Source of the DNA: Lachnospiraceae bacterium
GTDB lineage: Bacteria > Bacillota > Clostridia > Lachnospirales > Lachnospiraceae
Direction: 5' to 3'
Assembly: GCA_017613435.1 (NCBI GenBank)
Contig: JAGADU010000078.1
Coordinates: 1,725-65,724 of the forward strand
DNA length: 64,000 bases
Shown: positions 27,723-37,016 of the stretch, piece after piece
Layout of the letters: each line of letters opens with the position of its first letter
Position numbering within the stretch: position 1 is the stretch's first letter
The notes under the pieces: model-generated
Databases searched by the model: none
Told to the model about the DNA's origin: nothing
What the model saw: the letters and a program-made list of their open reading frames with translations, nothing else
Position numbers and translations under genes: made by a program

Positions 27723-28922
27723 TTAAGCATTTGCTTTTTCGGAATCTGCGTTTGATGCATCGTTTGTTTCCCCTGCAAGGGGTTCCGTTACGGGTCCCTC
27801 CGAAAAATCTTGTGCCGAAGCGCTTGCTTCCAAAGGTTTTGCTTCATTGTTTGCCGCTGCCGCGGGATTATCGTTTATAACATTCGTATCGGTATTAACA
27901 GAAGCCAGCTCTGCAATGTTAACCGCGGGTTCGGCTGTCTGGGGAGCAGCATTGTATGCGTTTGCATACATCTGCGTATTGGTTCCGGCATCAGCCGTAT
28001 TGTATACAGGTGCGTTTGCGTACATCTGAGGATTTGTTTGGTCAGTTGCGGCATTATAAACGGGCGCATTTGCATACATTTGGGGATTTGCACCGGCTGC
28101 TGCGGCATTATATACGGGCGCGTTTGCATACATTTGAGTATTTGCGCCGGGTGCGGCGTTATATACGGGTGCGTTTGCGTACATCTGATTGGGATATGCA
28201 CCGGGTGCGGCATACTGAGGATTGGCGGGATAAGCCTGAGGATTGTATGCATTAACGTTATCATCCATATTTACGAAATAATAATTTCCCGCACCGTAAT
28301 CCGGATCTCTCTTCATGATTACCAAAAGAACAATCGCATAAATCAAAGGAATGAATGTTCCCAAAATGGATATCGGAAGTGCGAGTTCTTTATCCTTGAA
28401 GGTACAGATAACGTCGTATCTTCTTCTCCATGCAAAAAGTATAAGGACAACCGGCAAAAGAACATCCAAAAGCTGTCCGAGCGCAGGAACAATATTCAAA
28501 ATTACGATAATCGTCGTTCCGAAATACGTTAAAATAATATCCGCTATTGCAACGACATTTCTCTTCTTCGTCTTGAAAAGAAGTTTGAATTCTTTTCTCG
28601 GAAGCACGTATTCAAGATATGTCTGAGCTATGGGAATAAACGCAAGCCAGGGGTATTTGTATCCAGCTTTTCTTGCCATCTTAAAAAGTGCGATTGCGGG
28701 AAGAATAAATTCTATGAGGGTAAAAAGGAATCCTATTACCGCCACGATTGCGGAGATGATAAAAGCCACTGCGCCGCTTGCAATTCCAAGCAGTTCGGGT
28801 AAGACAAATAATATTTCGGAAAGCGAATCGGCGGTTTTTTCGACGGACTGTATTCCGTCGGAAACATTCTGAATACCTTCAAGCACATCGGTTGCACTTG
28901 CACTTAAGAGCATAAAATTCAT
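27723..28922 (-). CDS. Hypothetical membrane protein with low-complexity repeat tail
   Basis: Several TM segments (LFKMARKAG..PWLAFIP) followed by QMYANAPVYN repeats and an acidic end. Confidence 0.75.
   Translation of the reverse strand: MNFMLLSASATDVLEGIQNVSDGIQSVEKTADSLSEILFVLPELLGIASGAVAFIISAIVAVIGFLFTLIEFILPAIALFKMARKAGYKYPWLAFIPIAQTYLEYVLPRKEFKLLFKTKKRNVVAIADIILTYFGTTIIVILNIVPALGQLLDVLLPVVLILFAWRRRYDVICTFKDKELALPISILGTFIPLIYAIVLLVIMKRDPDYGAGNYYFVNMDDNVNAYNPQAYPANPQYAAPGAYPNQMYANAPVYNAAPGANTQMYANAPVYNAAAAGANPQMYANAPVYNAATDQTNPQMYANAPVYNTADAGTNTQMYANAYNAAPQTAEPAVNIAELASVNTDTNVINDNPAAAANNEAKPLEASASAQDFSEGPVTEPLAGETNDASNADSEKANA
27951..28190 (-). repeat. Intragenic tandem repeat, five QMYANA(PVYN) units of 17-18 aa
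   Basis: Seen directly in translation; DNA unit TTTGC(A/G)TACAT recurs five times. Confidence 0.85.
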
Positions 28923-29480
28923 TTATATTTCCTCCTTAAAGTATCTGTAAAATATATCCAGATATTCTTTTTCAACTTCTTCGAAAACCCTGTATTTGAT
29001 ATCGGGAATTCTTTTTAAGCGAAATCCCCCCTCGGGTTCGTCTTCTTTTAAAAGCATGGCCATATCGTAATCCAGCAGATCGTCATCTATGCTTTTGACC
29101 ATTAATTCTTCATCGGGGGACAATTGCCCCAAACCAAATCTATTATACACTTTTTCAAGGAAATTGTTCTCAATTTCTTTGTATTTCGGAAGAAATTGTT
29201 TTATGGGTCTTATTACATCCGACATATATGCCTCGGATGCATCATGAAGGAGAGCCGCCAGAATCACTCTGGAGCTCTCCTCTCTTGCTATCGCTTCTTT
29301 GGCCGCATTGATACAATGCTGTCCGACCGAATAAAAATGACTGACCTGACCGTTTCCCCTGCAGATATACGAGAGCGCATGTGCAATATCCTCGATGCGT
29401 ATGTCTTTCTCATCGGGATTAAGGGGATTAAGTTTAATCCCGAGATAGGTTTTCATATATACACTGCTCTCGTCAATCAT
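28923..29480 (-). CDS. HD-domain phosphohydrolase (YfbR-like)
   Basis: EDIAHALS.ICR, YSVGQHC, ALLHDASEAYMSD. Confidence 0.85.
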   Translation of the reverse strand: MIDESSVYMKTYLGIKLNPLNPDEKDIRIEDIAHALSYICRGNGQVSHFYSVGQHCINAAKEAIAREESSRVILAALLHDASEAYMSDVIRPIKQFLPKYKEIENNFLEKVYNRFGLGQLSPDEELMVKSIDDDLLDYDMAMLLKEDEPEGGFRLKRIPDIKYRVFEEVEKEYLDIFYRYFKEEI

Positions 29481-29481
29481 T

Positions 29482-29655
29482 TTATTCTTCCGACCCTGTT
29501 CCGTCTTCGACGGTTTTTTCTTCGTTCTCTTTTACATAGATGGGATTGTGTTTCAGTTGAGGATTTCCGCCGCCCTGGGCAAGCGTCATCGCCCACAGAT
29601 CTCTGCCCACCGTATTATTCTGATTAAACCAGTTAAGACCAATCAAACCGATCAT
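29482..29655 (-). CDS. Small hypothetical protein (57 aa)
   Basis: AAAGGAGG RBS; stop 1 nt from next start. Confidence 0.6.
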   Translation of the reverse strand: MIGLIGLNWFNQNNTVGRDLWAMTLAQGGGNPQLKHNPIYVKENEEKTVEDGTGSEE

Positions 29656-29827
29656 GACAAATCCTCCTTTCCGTAACAAAAGATTATCGTCTTTTCATAC
29701 TTCAATTATACCATCCGATGCCTTTAAAGACCATACTTTGAGGTGTTTGTAATTGCATCAAATAAGCGAATTAAAGCATTGTAAAAAATCTTATGCGGAA
29801 AATTAAATCTGTAACGTATTCAATCGA

Positions 29828-31201
29828 TTATAAATTCAGGAAAAAGTTGCTTATGAGAATAATCAGCATGCATATGGGACATATCGCAAGTATCATAACT
29901 TTGTAAAGTCCCTTTGCCCGGAATTTTTCCTCTCCGACAAGCACTTCGTCTTCGATATACTTCGTCTTTACGAAATATCCGATAAGAACGCATGTCAGAA
30001 GCGATACAACAGGCATAATCACGTTGTTTGATATGAAATCGTAAAAATCCAGGAACTGATATCCGAAGATTGTCACTTTGTCCCAAATACTGTATCCGAA
30101 TACCGATGTGAGTCCTACGACAAGAACAAAGACAAAACAGATCGTGGTTCCAAGGAATCTGTTCATTTTGGTCTTTTCGCAGACTATCGATACTATGGTT
30201 TCAAGGAGCGAAATCGCCGATGTCAGAGCAGCAAGCGCAACAAGGAAGAAGAAAAATCCTCCGACAATCTGTCCGCCCTTCATGGTTTTAAAAACATTCG
30301 GAAGCGTTATAAACATAAGGCTCGGACCTTTGTTCAAAGCTGCCGGATCGCCGTTGCTGAAAGCAAATACCGAAGGAACTATAATCATTCCCGCAAGGAT
30401 TGCAACGGATGTGTCGAATATTTCTATCTGTCTTACCGAACCTTCGAGAGAGTCTTCTTTTCTCATATAAGAGCCGTATGTTACCATGATGCCCATGGCA
30501 AGCGACATAGAATAAAAAAGCTGTCCCATCGCAGCAATGAGCGTCTTCAAAAATGCGGAAAAAGTAAATCCGGAAAAGTTCGGCAAAAGATAATATTTAA
30601 GGCCGTTGAGGGCTCCTGGAATCGTAAGGGTGTAAACAGCTATTCCCACAATCAATACCAAAAGTACGGGCATTAAAATCTTGCTTATCATTTCAATGCC
30701 TTTTTGTACGCCGAGAATAACGACGAGAGCGGTTAAAAACGCAAATACCGCAAAGAAGAGCGTGGGCTGTGACCACTCTCCGATAAAGCCCGTAAAGAAT
30801 TCTCCGTCATCGGCGACATTTTTGCCGAATCCCGTCGCAAAAACAGCCAGATATTTAAGTACCCAGCCGCCGATTACGCAATAATAAGGCGTAATGATAA
30901 AAGGCACGATTGCCGCAATCGGTCCGAGGAAAGAAAACCTTTTATCGGCCTCTTTGTATGCGCCGATAACCGATTTGCCGGTCTTTCTGCCTATCGCTAT
31001 TTCCGATATCATTAAGGAGAAACCGAAAGTAATCGCAAGAATTATGTAAACCAACAGAAAAATGCCGCCTCCGTATTTGGCGGCAAGATACGGAAATCTC
31101 CAGATATTTCCGAGTCCGACAGCCGAACCCGCCGCGGCAAAAATAAATCCTATCTTACTTCCGAAACCTTCTTTTTTGTTTTCATTCTTATTCATGTCCA
31201 T
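29828..31201 (-). CDS. Sodium-dependent transporter, NSS/SNF family
   Basis: AGSAVGLGNIWRFPY, GQLFYSMSL, AALTSAISLLE. Confidence 0.93.
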   Translation of the reverse strand: MDMNKNENKKEGFGSKIGFIFAAAGSAVGLGNIWRFPYLAAKYGGGIFLLVYIILAITFGFSLMISEIAIGRKTGKSVIGAYKEADKRFSFLGPIAAIVPFIITPYYCVIGGWVLKYLAVFATGFGKNVADDGEFFTGFIGEWSQPTLFFAVFAFLTALVVILGVQKGIEMISKILMPVLLVLIVGIAVYTLTIPGALNGLKYYLLPNFSGFTFSAFLKTLIAAMGQLFYSMSLAMGIMVTYGSYMRKEDSLEGSVRQIEIFDTSVAILAGMIIVPSVFAFSNGDPAALNKGPSLMFITLPNVFKTMKGGQIVGGFFFFLVALAALTSAISLLETIVSIVCEKTKMNRFLGTTICFVFVLVVGLTSVFGYSIWDKVTIFGYQFLDFYDFISNNVIMPVVSLLTCVLIGYFVKTKYIEDEVLVGEEKFRAKGLYKVMILAICPICMLIILISNFFLNL

Positions 31202-31314
31202 AACAAAATTTATTATATTATTTTCTTAAAACCAATTCAATCTTTATAAGTCATTTAGTCTCATTTTTCCAAATTGATATTGAGGAAAAGCACAAAATAT
31301 GGTATTTTATAAAC

Positions 31315-32385
31315 ATGAAAGCCACTAATAAGAATAAAAACTCTCTGGCAAAGCGAATCGGTCGTATAATTGGTCGATTCTTTATTTGGTTTGGGGCGAC
31401 TCTTCTTATTCTGACAGTGGGTTTTTATATTTTTCTTTACTTCGTCAACAAGGGTCCGTCCCCGAGAATCAGAGATCTCTTTGTCGCTTCCGCAAAAGAA
31501 TCAAGCGTCGGCGGAATCATGGCGGACATATATCTTTCCGAAGAAGAAATCGACGAAATTCTCTCCAAAAACAACACATCCGAATTTGACGAAATCACGG
31601 ATATCGCTCTCATAAAAACCAAAACATCCCAAAACGAAAACCCAGATACCGAATCCGTAAGCAAAACCGAAGAAGAAGCGGATATCGATCCCGACGGCGA
31701 CGGAATAGATGTTTTTGACGTTCACGGAGACACTTACAAAGGGAAAATGATGGTTGTGTACGACCCTTCCCGCGTAAAGGTCGCAACCCTCGATTATTAC
31801 GATTACGACGCACCCGGTCTGACGCTTTCGAAACTGGTTGAAAAATACGACTGCATTGCAGGAATAAACGGCGGAAAATACGATGACGAAATCGGACTCG
31901 GCTCGGGCGGAATGCCTGAGGGCGTTGTCTTTTCGGAAGGTGTTTTGCGCTTCGGCGATCCCGATACATCATATGACGTTTACGGTTTCACAAATGACGA
32001 TGTACTTGTAGTCGGAAGAATGAGTGCGGGTTATGCACAGTCCATAGGCGTTCGCGATGCGGTATCCTTCGGTCCCGCTTTGATTGTTAACGGAAAATCC
32101 GCCAAATATTCGGGTTCGGGCAGCGGTCTCAATCCCCGTACCGCCATAGGCCAGCGAGAAAACGGAGATGTTTTGCTCCTTGTAATCGAAGGAAGACAGC
32201 CCTCATCCCTCGGAGCTTCAATGGCCGATTTGATTACCGTAATGGAAGAATTCGGTGCCGTAAACGCCGCCAATCTCGACGGCGGCATGTCGTCATCGAT
32301 GGTTTTTAACAACGAAGAAATCGTATCGAGTTGCACTCTCGGTTCAAGAGCCATGCCTACGGCATTCGTCGTGGAAAAGAGGTAA
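31315..32385 (+). CDS. Phosphodiester glycosidase (NAGPA-like) membrane-anchored protein
   Basis: AGINGG, SFGPALIVNG, NPRTAIGQ, AANLDGGMSS. Confidence 0.85.
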   Translation: MKATNKNKNSLAKRIGRIIGRFFIWFGATLLILTVGFYIFLYFVNKGPSPRIRDLFVASAKESSVGGIMADIYLSEEEIDEILSKNNTSEFDEITDIALIKTKTSQNENPDTESVSKTEEEADIDPDGDGIDVFDVHGDTYKGKMMVVYDPSRVKVATLDYYDYDAPGLTLSKLVEKYDCIAGINGGKYDDEIGLGSGGMPEGVVFSEGVLRFGDPDTSYDVYGFTNDDVLVVGRMSAGYAQSIGVRDAVSFGPALIVNGKSAKYSGSGSGLNPRTAIGQRENGDVLLLVIEGRQPSSLGASMADLITVMEEFGAVNAANLDGGMSSSMVFNNEEIVSSCTLGSRAMPTAFVVEKR

Positions 32386-32387
32386 AT

Positions 32388-33743
32388 ATGAATCGGGATC
32401 TTTTCAATCAAAAAAAGAAATTAAGCGAAATGCCTGACAATCCCGATGCAACATGGGCTGATGACGTTTCTTTCGATACGCTCGAAAAGAAAATAAGGGA
32501 AAGCAAAAAAGCCACTCTTTTCGCCCTGAGGCCTCTTGACGACAAGACCTGGAGGAAAGAAAAAGCCTTAGAGAGAGAGGCCGCCAAATCCGCTTCCAAA
32601 GCAAAGGGAGACGGAAACGCTGCTTTAAAATCTCCCAAGACCAAGGGCGAAGAATACGCCGAACCCAAAAAATTTCCGAAGAAATTCGTTATTTTCATGT
32701 CCGTATGGTCGGCTTCGCTCATTCTTTTGATATCCGCATTTTTATTCTTTTTCTATAAATTCCTCGAAGATTACGAAAAAGTCTACAACGAATCCCTGCC
32801 TTATCATGTAATGGATGATTTCCTCGGTAATTTCGAACCCGTTAACATCGATTATATTTATTCGGGGATTACCGAGAAACCCGAAATCTGCGAATTCGAA
32901 ACGGAGGAGAATGTCAAAAATTATCTGAACAGGCTTCTTGACTCCAAAGAGATATCATATGTCGAAGACAGGGATTCCACCGAAAAAACCCCTGTTTTCC
33001 TTTTGACCGCTGATAATTACGTCTTCGGAAAAGTTTCGATGGTTCAGGGCGAGGACAAAAGAAATTACGACCTTCCCAAATACAGAATAAACAAATTTGA
33101 AATGTATTGCGAACCAGAATGGAACGTAAGCATAAAATCCTATGACAACTGTGTTGTTTACGTAAACGGTATAGCCTTAAACGACTCATATCTTTACAGA
33201 ACGGATCCGAACAAAGAAACGCATTTCGAAGATTACGTCGAACTCCCCGATGAGAAATATTACAAAATATCGTCTCTTTACGAGAGACCGGATATAAGGG
33301 TCATAAACGAATTCAATCAGGAAGTCATACCCGAAGTAAACAATACTACGGGCGTGTTTGAAACTCCCTTCTCGGCTCCCGAAGAAATCGAAAACGAAAT
33401 GATCGATTTTGCCAAGGATGCCGTATCCGTATATGCACAGGTCGTATGCCGCGAAATAAACGATTCCGCTTTGGACAGAATATTTATCAAAAACAGCATG
33501 ATTGCCAAGGAAATAAAGCAAAACAGCGGCAATCTCAAATATTTCCCGAGTCACGTTACAAACGAGACCGAGGATGAAATAATCGAATTCATTCCTTACC
33601 GCGAAGACGCATTCTATTGCGAAATCAAACACGTTCAGCACATGGTTATTTACGGTGCAAGACCCCGTGACGTCGAAACCGATGCTCGCATTTACTGCTG
33701 CAGGGAAAACGGCGAATGGAAAGTTTATACCATGCTTTTCTGA
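32388..33743 (+). CDS. Hypothetical single-pass membrane protein
   Basis: GAGG RBS, long ORF with one TM (FVIFMSVW..FLFFFY). Confidence 0.75.
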   Translation: MNRDLFNQKKKLSEMPDNPDATWADDVSFDTLEKKIRESKKATLFALRPLDDKTWRKEKALEREAAKSASKAKGDGNAALKSPKTKGEEYAEPKKFPKKFVIFMSVWSASLILLISAFLFFFYKFLEDYEKVYNESLPYHVMDDFLGNFEPVNIDYIYSGITEKPEICEFETEENVKNYLNRLLDSKEISYVEDRDSTEKTPVFLLTADNYVFGKVSMVQGEDKRNYDLPKYRINKFEMYCEPEWNVSIKSYDNCVVYVNGIALNDSYLYRTDPNKETHFEDYVELPDEKYYKISSLYERPDIRVINEFNQEVIPEVNNTTGVFETPFSAPEEIENEMIDFAKDAVSVYAQVVCREINDSALDRIFIKNSMIAKEIKQNSGNLKYFPSHVTNETEDEIIEFIPYREDAFYCEIKHVQHMVIYGARPRDVETDARIYCCRENGEWKVYTMLF

Positions 33744-33772
33744 TTATATTCAAAAACAAAAAAAGGCAAAAT

Positions 33773-33804
33773 AAAAAGGAACAACCTCCGTGTTGTTCCC
33801 TTTT
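33773..33804. terminator. Bidirectional intrinsic terminator
   Basis: AAAAGGAACAAC...GTTGTTCCCTTTT between convergent genes. Confidence 0.65.
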
Positions 33805-33839
33805 ATAACCTTTATAATAACAAATTTAGAAAAGTCAAA

Positions 33840-34160
33840 TTATTCTTCTTCCTTGTCTTCTTTGAGTTCAATAGCTTCTTCGTCATCAAAGAAATCATCG
33901 TCAAAATCATCATCAAAATCATCATCGAAATCTTCGAGATAATCAGGTGTAAGATAACGATAAACAAGATAAGCGATACCTGCAACGGCAGCGATTGCAC
34001 CTACAATGGCAAGAATCGTAATAATGATATTACGTCTCTTGGCAGCTTCGGCTTCTTCCTGCTCTCTCTTCTTTTTGTTTAAAATTCCGTCTAATTTAGT
34101 CATTTCAAGGAAATCATCAAAATCCTTAATCTTCTTGAATACTTTAAAAATATTAGCCAT
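33840..34160 (-). CDS. Small membrane protein with acidic tail (DUF4366-like)
   Basis: TM AIVGAIAAVAGIAYLVYRYLTPDYLEDFDDDF. Confidence 0.75.
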   Translation of the reverse strand: MANIFKVFKKIKDFDDFLEMTKLDGILNKKKREQEEAEAAKRRNIIITILAIVGAIAAVAGIAYLVYRYLTPDYLEDFDDDFDDDFDDDFFDDEEAIELKEDKEEE

Positions 34161-34250
34161 CGATCTAGACCCCCTTTTATTTATTCAGAAGTACTTTGAA
34201 GTTATTATATCACGACAGGGATAAAAAAGATACAACTTTTTTAATTTTGA

Positions 34251-37016
34251 TTAATTCAAATACTTATTCCACTCTGCCGCTTCCGCTTCGGTAAGATGAC
34301 CGCCGTTTATTATATCGCGAATGTATCCCCTGGGGTCTTCCGCTCCGATGTAACCGTTATCCGTAGCTTTTGCGAACCATTTAAGCGATTCTTTATATTC
34401 TCCCGAGTTATAATACTCGATGCCGGCGTTAAACATGTCCATCGGATCGTTGTTTAGCTCAGCTGCCTTTTTGAAATATTCGGCAGATAATTTATGATCA
34501 CCGTCAGAATAATAGCACATACCCAGATTTGAAAACAAATCGGCATCTTCGAGACCTTTCCTGACAGCTTCAAGATAGCAGTTTTTGGCCTTTTCGTCAT
34601 CCTGATATCCCGTATAACCGTAAAAATATATGTCTCCGATTTTTTTGTGTGTTTCCCCCGAAACACTTCCGTTTTCCGCGGCAGTCTGCAAATAGTTCAG
34701 AGCCTCATTGAAATCCCTGAATACGCCCTCGCCTTCGAAATACATATTTCCGAGTTCTTCGCAAGCGGCTCCCGTGCCCCAACTCGATGCTTTTGTAAGG
34801 TATTGCACGGCTTTATCGAGATCTTTGTCAACACCGAGCCCTTTATGGTATATGGTACCGAGATTGCTGTAGGTTATTGCATCGGCCTGTCCGTTTAAAA
34901 CGGCTTTTTCAAGATTTATTCTGGCTTTTGTATAATCTTTTTCCACTACGGTGCCGTCATAATACATGTTTCCGATTTTTTGCGCGGAATAGGAATCGCC
35001 GAATTCGGTCGCTTTTTCATACCACCCGAATGCGATTTCATAATCGGGATTCGGAATGATTTTCGCATAATAATACAGTTCGGCAATATATCTCATGGCA
35101 ACGGCATTATTTCCGATCGATGCCTTAAGATACCATTTTTTCGCCTCATCGTATTCGTTGATTTCTTCCATTTTCATTCCGAGGTAAAGCATGGCGTCGG
35201 TATCGCCCTCAAGCGCAGCTTTTTTATACCATTTCCAAGCCTCCGCAAGGTTGTCGTCGCTTGAAATATATCCCCATGAATACATTCTTCCTATATATGC
35301 CATTGCGCGGGGATCGCCGTAATCGGCACTTTTTTTGTAATAGTCGAACGCACCTTCAAAATCCGCTTCGCCGTTATATCCGTTTTCAATCATGTTACCG
35401 ATTGAGGAATAGGCATATACATATCCTCCGGACAATGCAAGGTCATACCATTCCCTGGCCAGATTATTGCATTCTTCGACATTTTCCTTATCGCCCAGGT
35501 TTTGCGTAACATACAAATCTCCGATTCGATTCATTGCCTTTGCAAAGCCTTTGTCGGCTGCGGTTTTGTACCATTTGAATGCTTTGTCGTAATCCTGCTC
35601 GACATTTCCGGAACCTGTTTCGTAAAGATTGCCCATCATGTACATGGCTTCTAAGATTCCCTTATCCGCCGCCCTTCGATAATATTCAATGGCTTTTTCG
35701 CCGTCCGTCTCGCAGCCCCTGCCGTACTGCAGGCAATATCCCGCTCTCATTGTCGAACAAAGATCTCCCTCGGCTGCGGCTCTTTCGTAGAATTCCAAAG
35801 CTTTTTTGTAATTGATTCCTGAATTTATTTCGTCATCGGAAATCAGATAGGCTTCTGCGATATATTCATTCGCAATACCCTGATAATAGGGGAAAACATC
35901 CATGGCTTTTTTATAATTGTCCAAAGCCTTTGTCTCGTCGCATTCGATTTCGTCGTAGCCGTTTTGATAAATGTTTCCGATAGCCGTATAAGCATCCGCG
36001 GATATCTTCGAAACTTCGCTTTCGCTGCATTTTTCAAAATAATCCAACGCTTTTTTGGCATCTATGTTTTCGCCGAGATATCCGCAAAGATAAAATTCGC
36101 CCTCGAAGTAATTTGCTTCGATGCAGCCGTCCTTCAGGGCTTCGTCGTAATAATTTTTGGCAAGTTTAACGTCCGCAGATACGCCGAGTCCTTTTTCGTA
36201 AAGGTATCCGAGTTCGATTTTGGCCAGATTGCTGCCCTTTTCGACTCCTTTTTCGTATTTTTTCCTTGCAGCCTCGTAATCGTATTTTCTTTCATCAAGC
36301 ATTCCGAGATAATAATATGCGTCGACGACTCCGCCTTTTGCGGCTTTTTCAAAATATTCCGTCGCGGATGCGTTGTCTTTTTCGCCGTGATATTCCGAAT
36401 TGAAAGCCTCGATTCCGTCTTTCATCGCCTTGTTTTTGCTTCCGAAGAAAATAAAATACAAAGGCAGTAAAATCAACGCCAAAAGAAGAACGACTGCTGC
36501 CGCGCCTCCCAAAACGATCGGAACGATAAACGATTTGGCTTTCTTTTTCTTTTTTTCTTCCTTCCTTAAGGGAATATCGCTTTCATAATCCGTATTCTCG
36601 ACTCCCGTCAAAATGATTTCGACGTATTTTCTGAGTTTCGTTATGTTTTCCGAAAGGGATTTCGTAATTGCGTCAAGCCAGTGAACACGCGTAAGATAAT
36701 ATTCGAATTCCGAACTCATTTTGGTTTCGGTCAAACGAAAAGGAACAATGGTTTTTCCGGCATTGAAGGCAACCGCAACTTCGTTCATTACCTGTCTCGA
36801 ATCGTTTGATTCGTCGGTGTAAACAAGAACAAGAACCTTTGTTTTTTGCAAAGCTTCCGTAATTGCGGTGACCCATTCCTCTCCGGGCATAATATCTCTG
36901 GGCGCGTACCAGCATTTTATTCCGTTTGCTTCGAAATCCGAAACTATGCTGTCCGCCACCGTTTTGTTTTTTGATGAATAACTGACAAAAACATCAATAT
37001 CTTCCGTTATCGCCAT
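34251..37016 (-). CDS. TIR domain - TM - Sel1-like repeat protein
   Basis: DVFVSYSS, CWYAPRDI.PG, VMNEV; TM at ~aa 163-190; many (A)xxxLGxxYxxGxGVxxDxxxAxxWYxKAA repeats. Confidence 0.88.
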   Translation of the reverse strand: MAITEDIDVFVSYSSKNKTVADSIVSDFEANGIKCWYAPRDIMPGEEWVTAITEALQKTKVLVLVYTDESNDSRQVMNEVAVAFNAGKTIVPFRLTETKMSSEFEYYLTRVHWLDAITKSLSENITKLRKYVEIILTGVENTDYESDIPLRKEEKKKKKAKSFIVPIVLGGAAAVVLLLALILLPLYFIFFGSKNKAMKDGIEAFNSEYHGEKDNASATEYFEKAAKGGVVDAYYYLGMLDERKYDYEAARKKYEKGVEKGSNLAKIELGYLYEKGLGVSADVKLAKNYYDEALKDGCIEANYFEGEFYLCGYLGENIDAKKALDYFEKCSESEVSKISADAYTAIGNIYQNGYDEIECDETKALDNYKKAMDVFPYYQGIANEYIAEAYLISDDEINSGINYKKALEFYERAAAEGDLCSTMRAGYCLQYGRGCETDGEKAIEYYRRAADKGILEAMYMMGNLYETGSGNVEQDYDKAFKWYKTAADKGFAKAMNRIGDLYVTQNLGDKENVEECNNLAREWYDLALSGGYVYAYSSIGNMIENGYNGEADFEGAFDYYKKSADYGDPRAMAYIGRMYSWGYISSDDNLAEAWKWYKKAALEGDTDAMLYLGMKMEEINEYDEAKKWYLKASIGNNAVAMRYIAELYYYAKIIPNPDYEIAFGWYEKATEFGDSYSAQKIGNMYYDGTVVEKDYTKARINLEKAVLNGQADAITYSNLGTIYHKGLGVDKDLDKAVQYLTKASSWGTGAACEELGNMYFEGEGVFRDFNEALNYLQTAAENGSVSGETHKKIGDIYFYGYTGYQDDEKAKNCYLEAVRKGLEDADLFSNLGMCYYSDGDHKLSAEYFKKAAELNNDPMDMFNAGIEYYNSGEYKESLKWFAKATDNGYIGAEDPRGYIRDIINGGHLTEAEAAEWNKYLN

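Noticed and set aside
27951-28190. CRISPR-like array
   Set aside because: Repeats are in-frame coding units with synonymous variation, no unique spacers and no cas genes.
27810-28532. 240-aa plus-strand ORF (and similar ones at 20133-20765, 53157-53834, 54500-55141, 56141-56860)
   Set aside because: Antisense shadows of well-supported genes with no recognisable motifs.
33758-33782. AAAAGGCAAAATAAAAA motif similar to 40571-40595
   Set aside because: Both are A-rich flanks of minus-strand terminators; too low in complexity to call a repeat family.
33880-33932. TCATCA(A/G)AA-type short tandem repeat
   Set aside because: Simply encodes the DDDF acidic tail of the small membrane protein.
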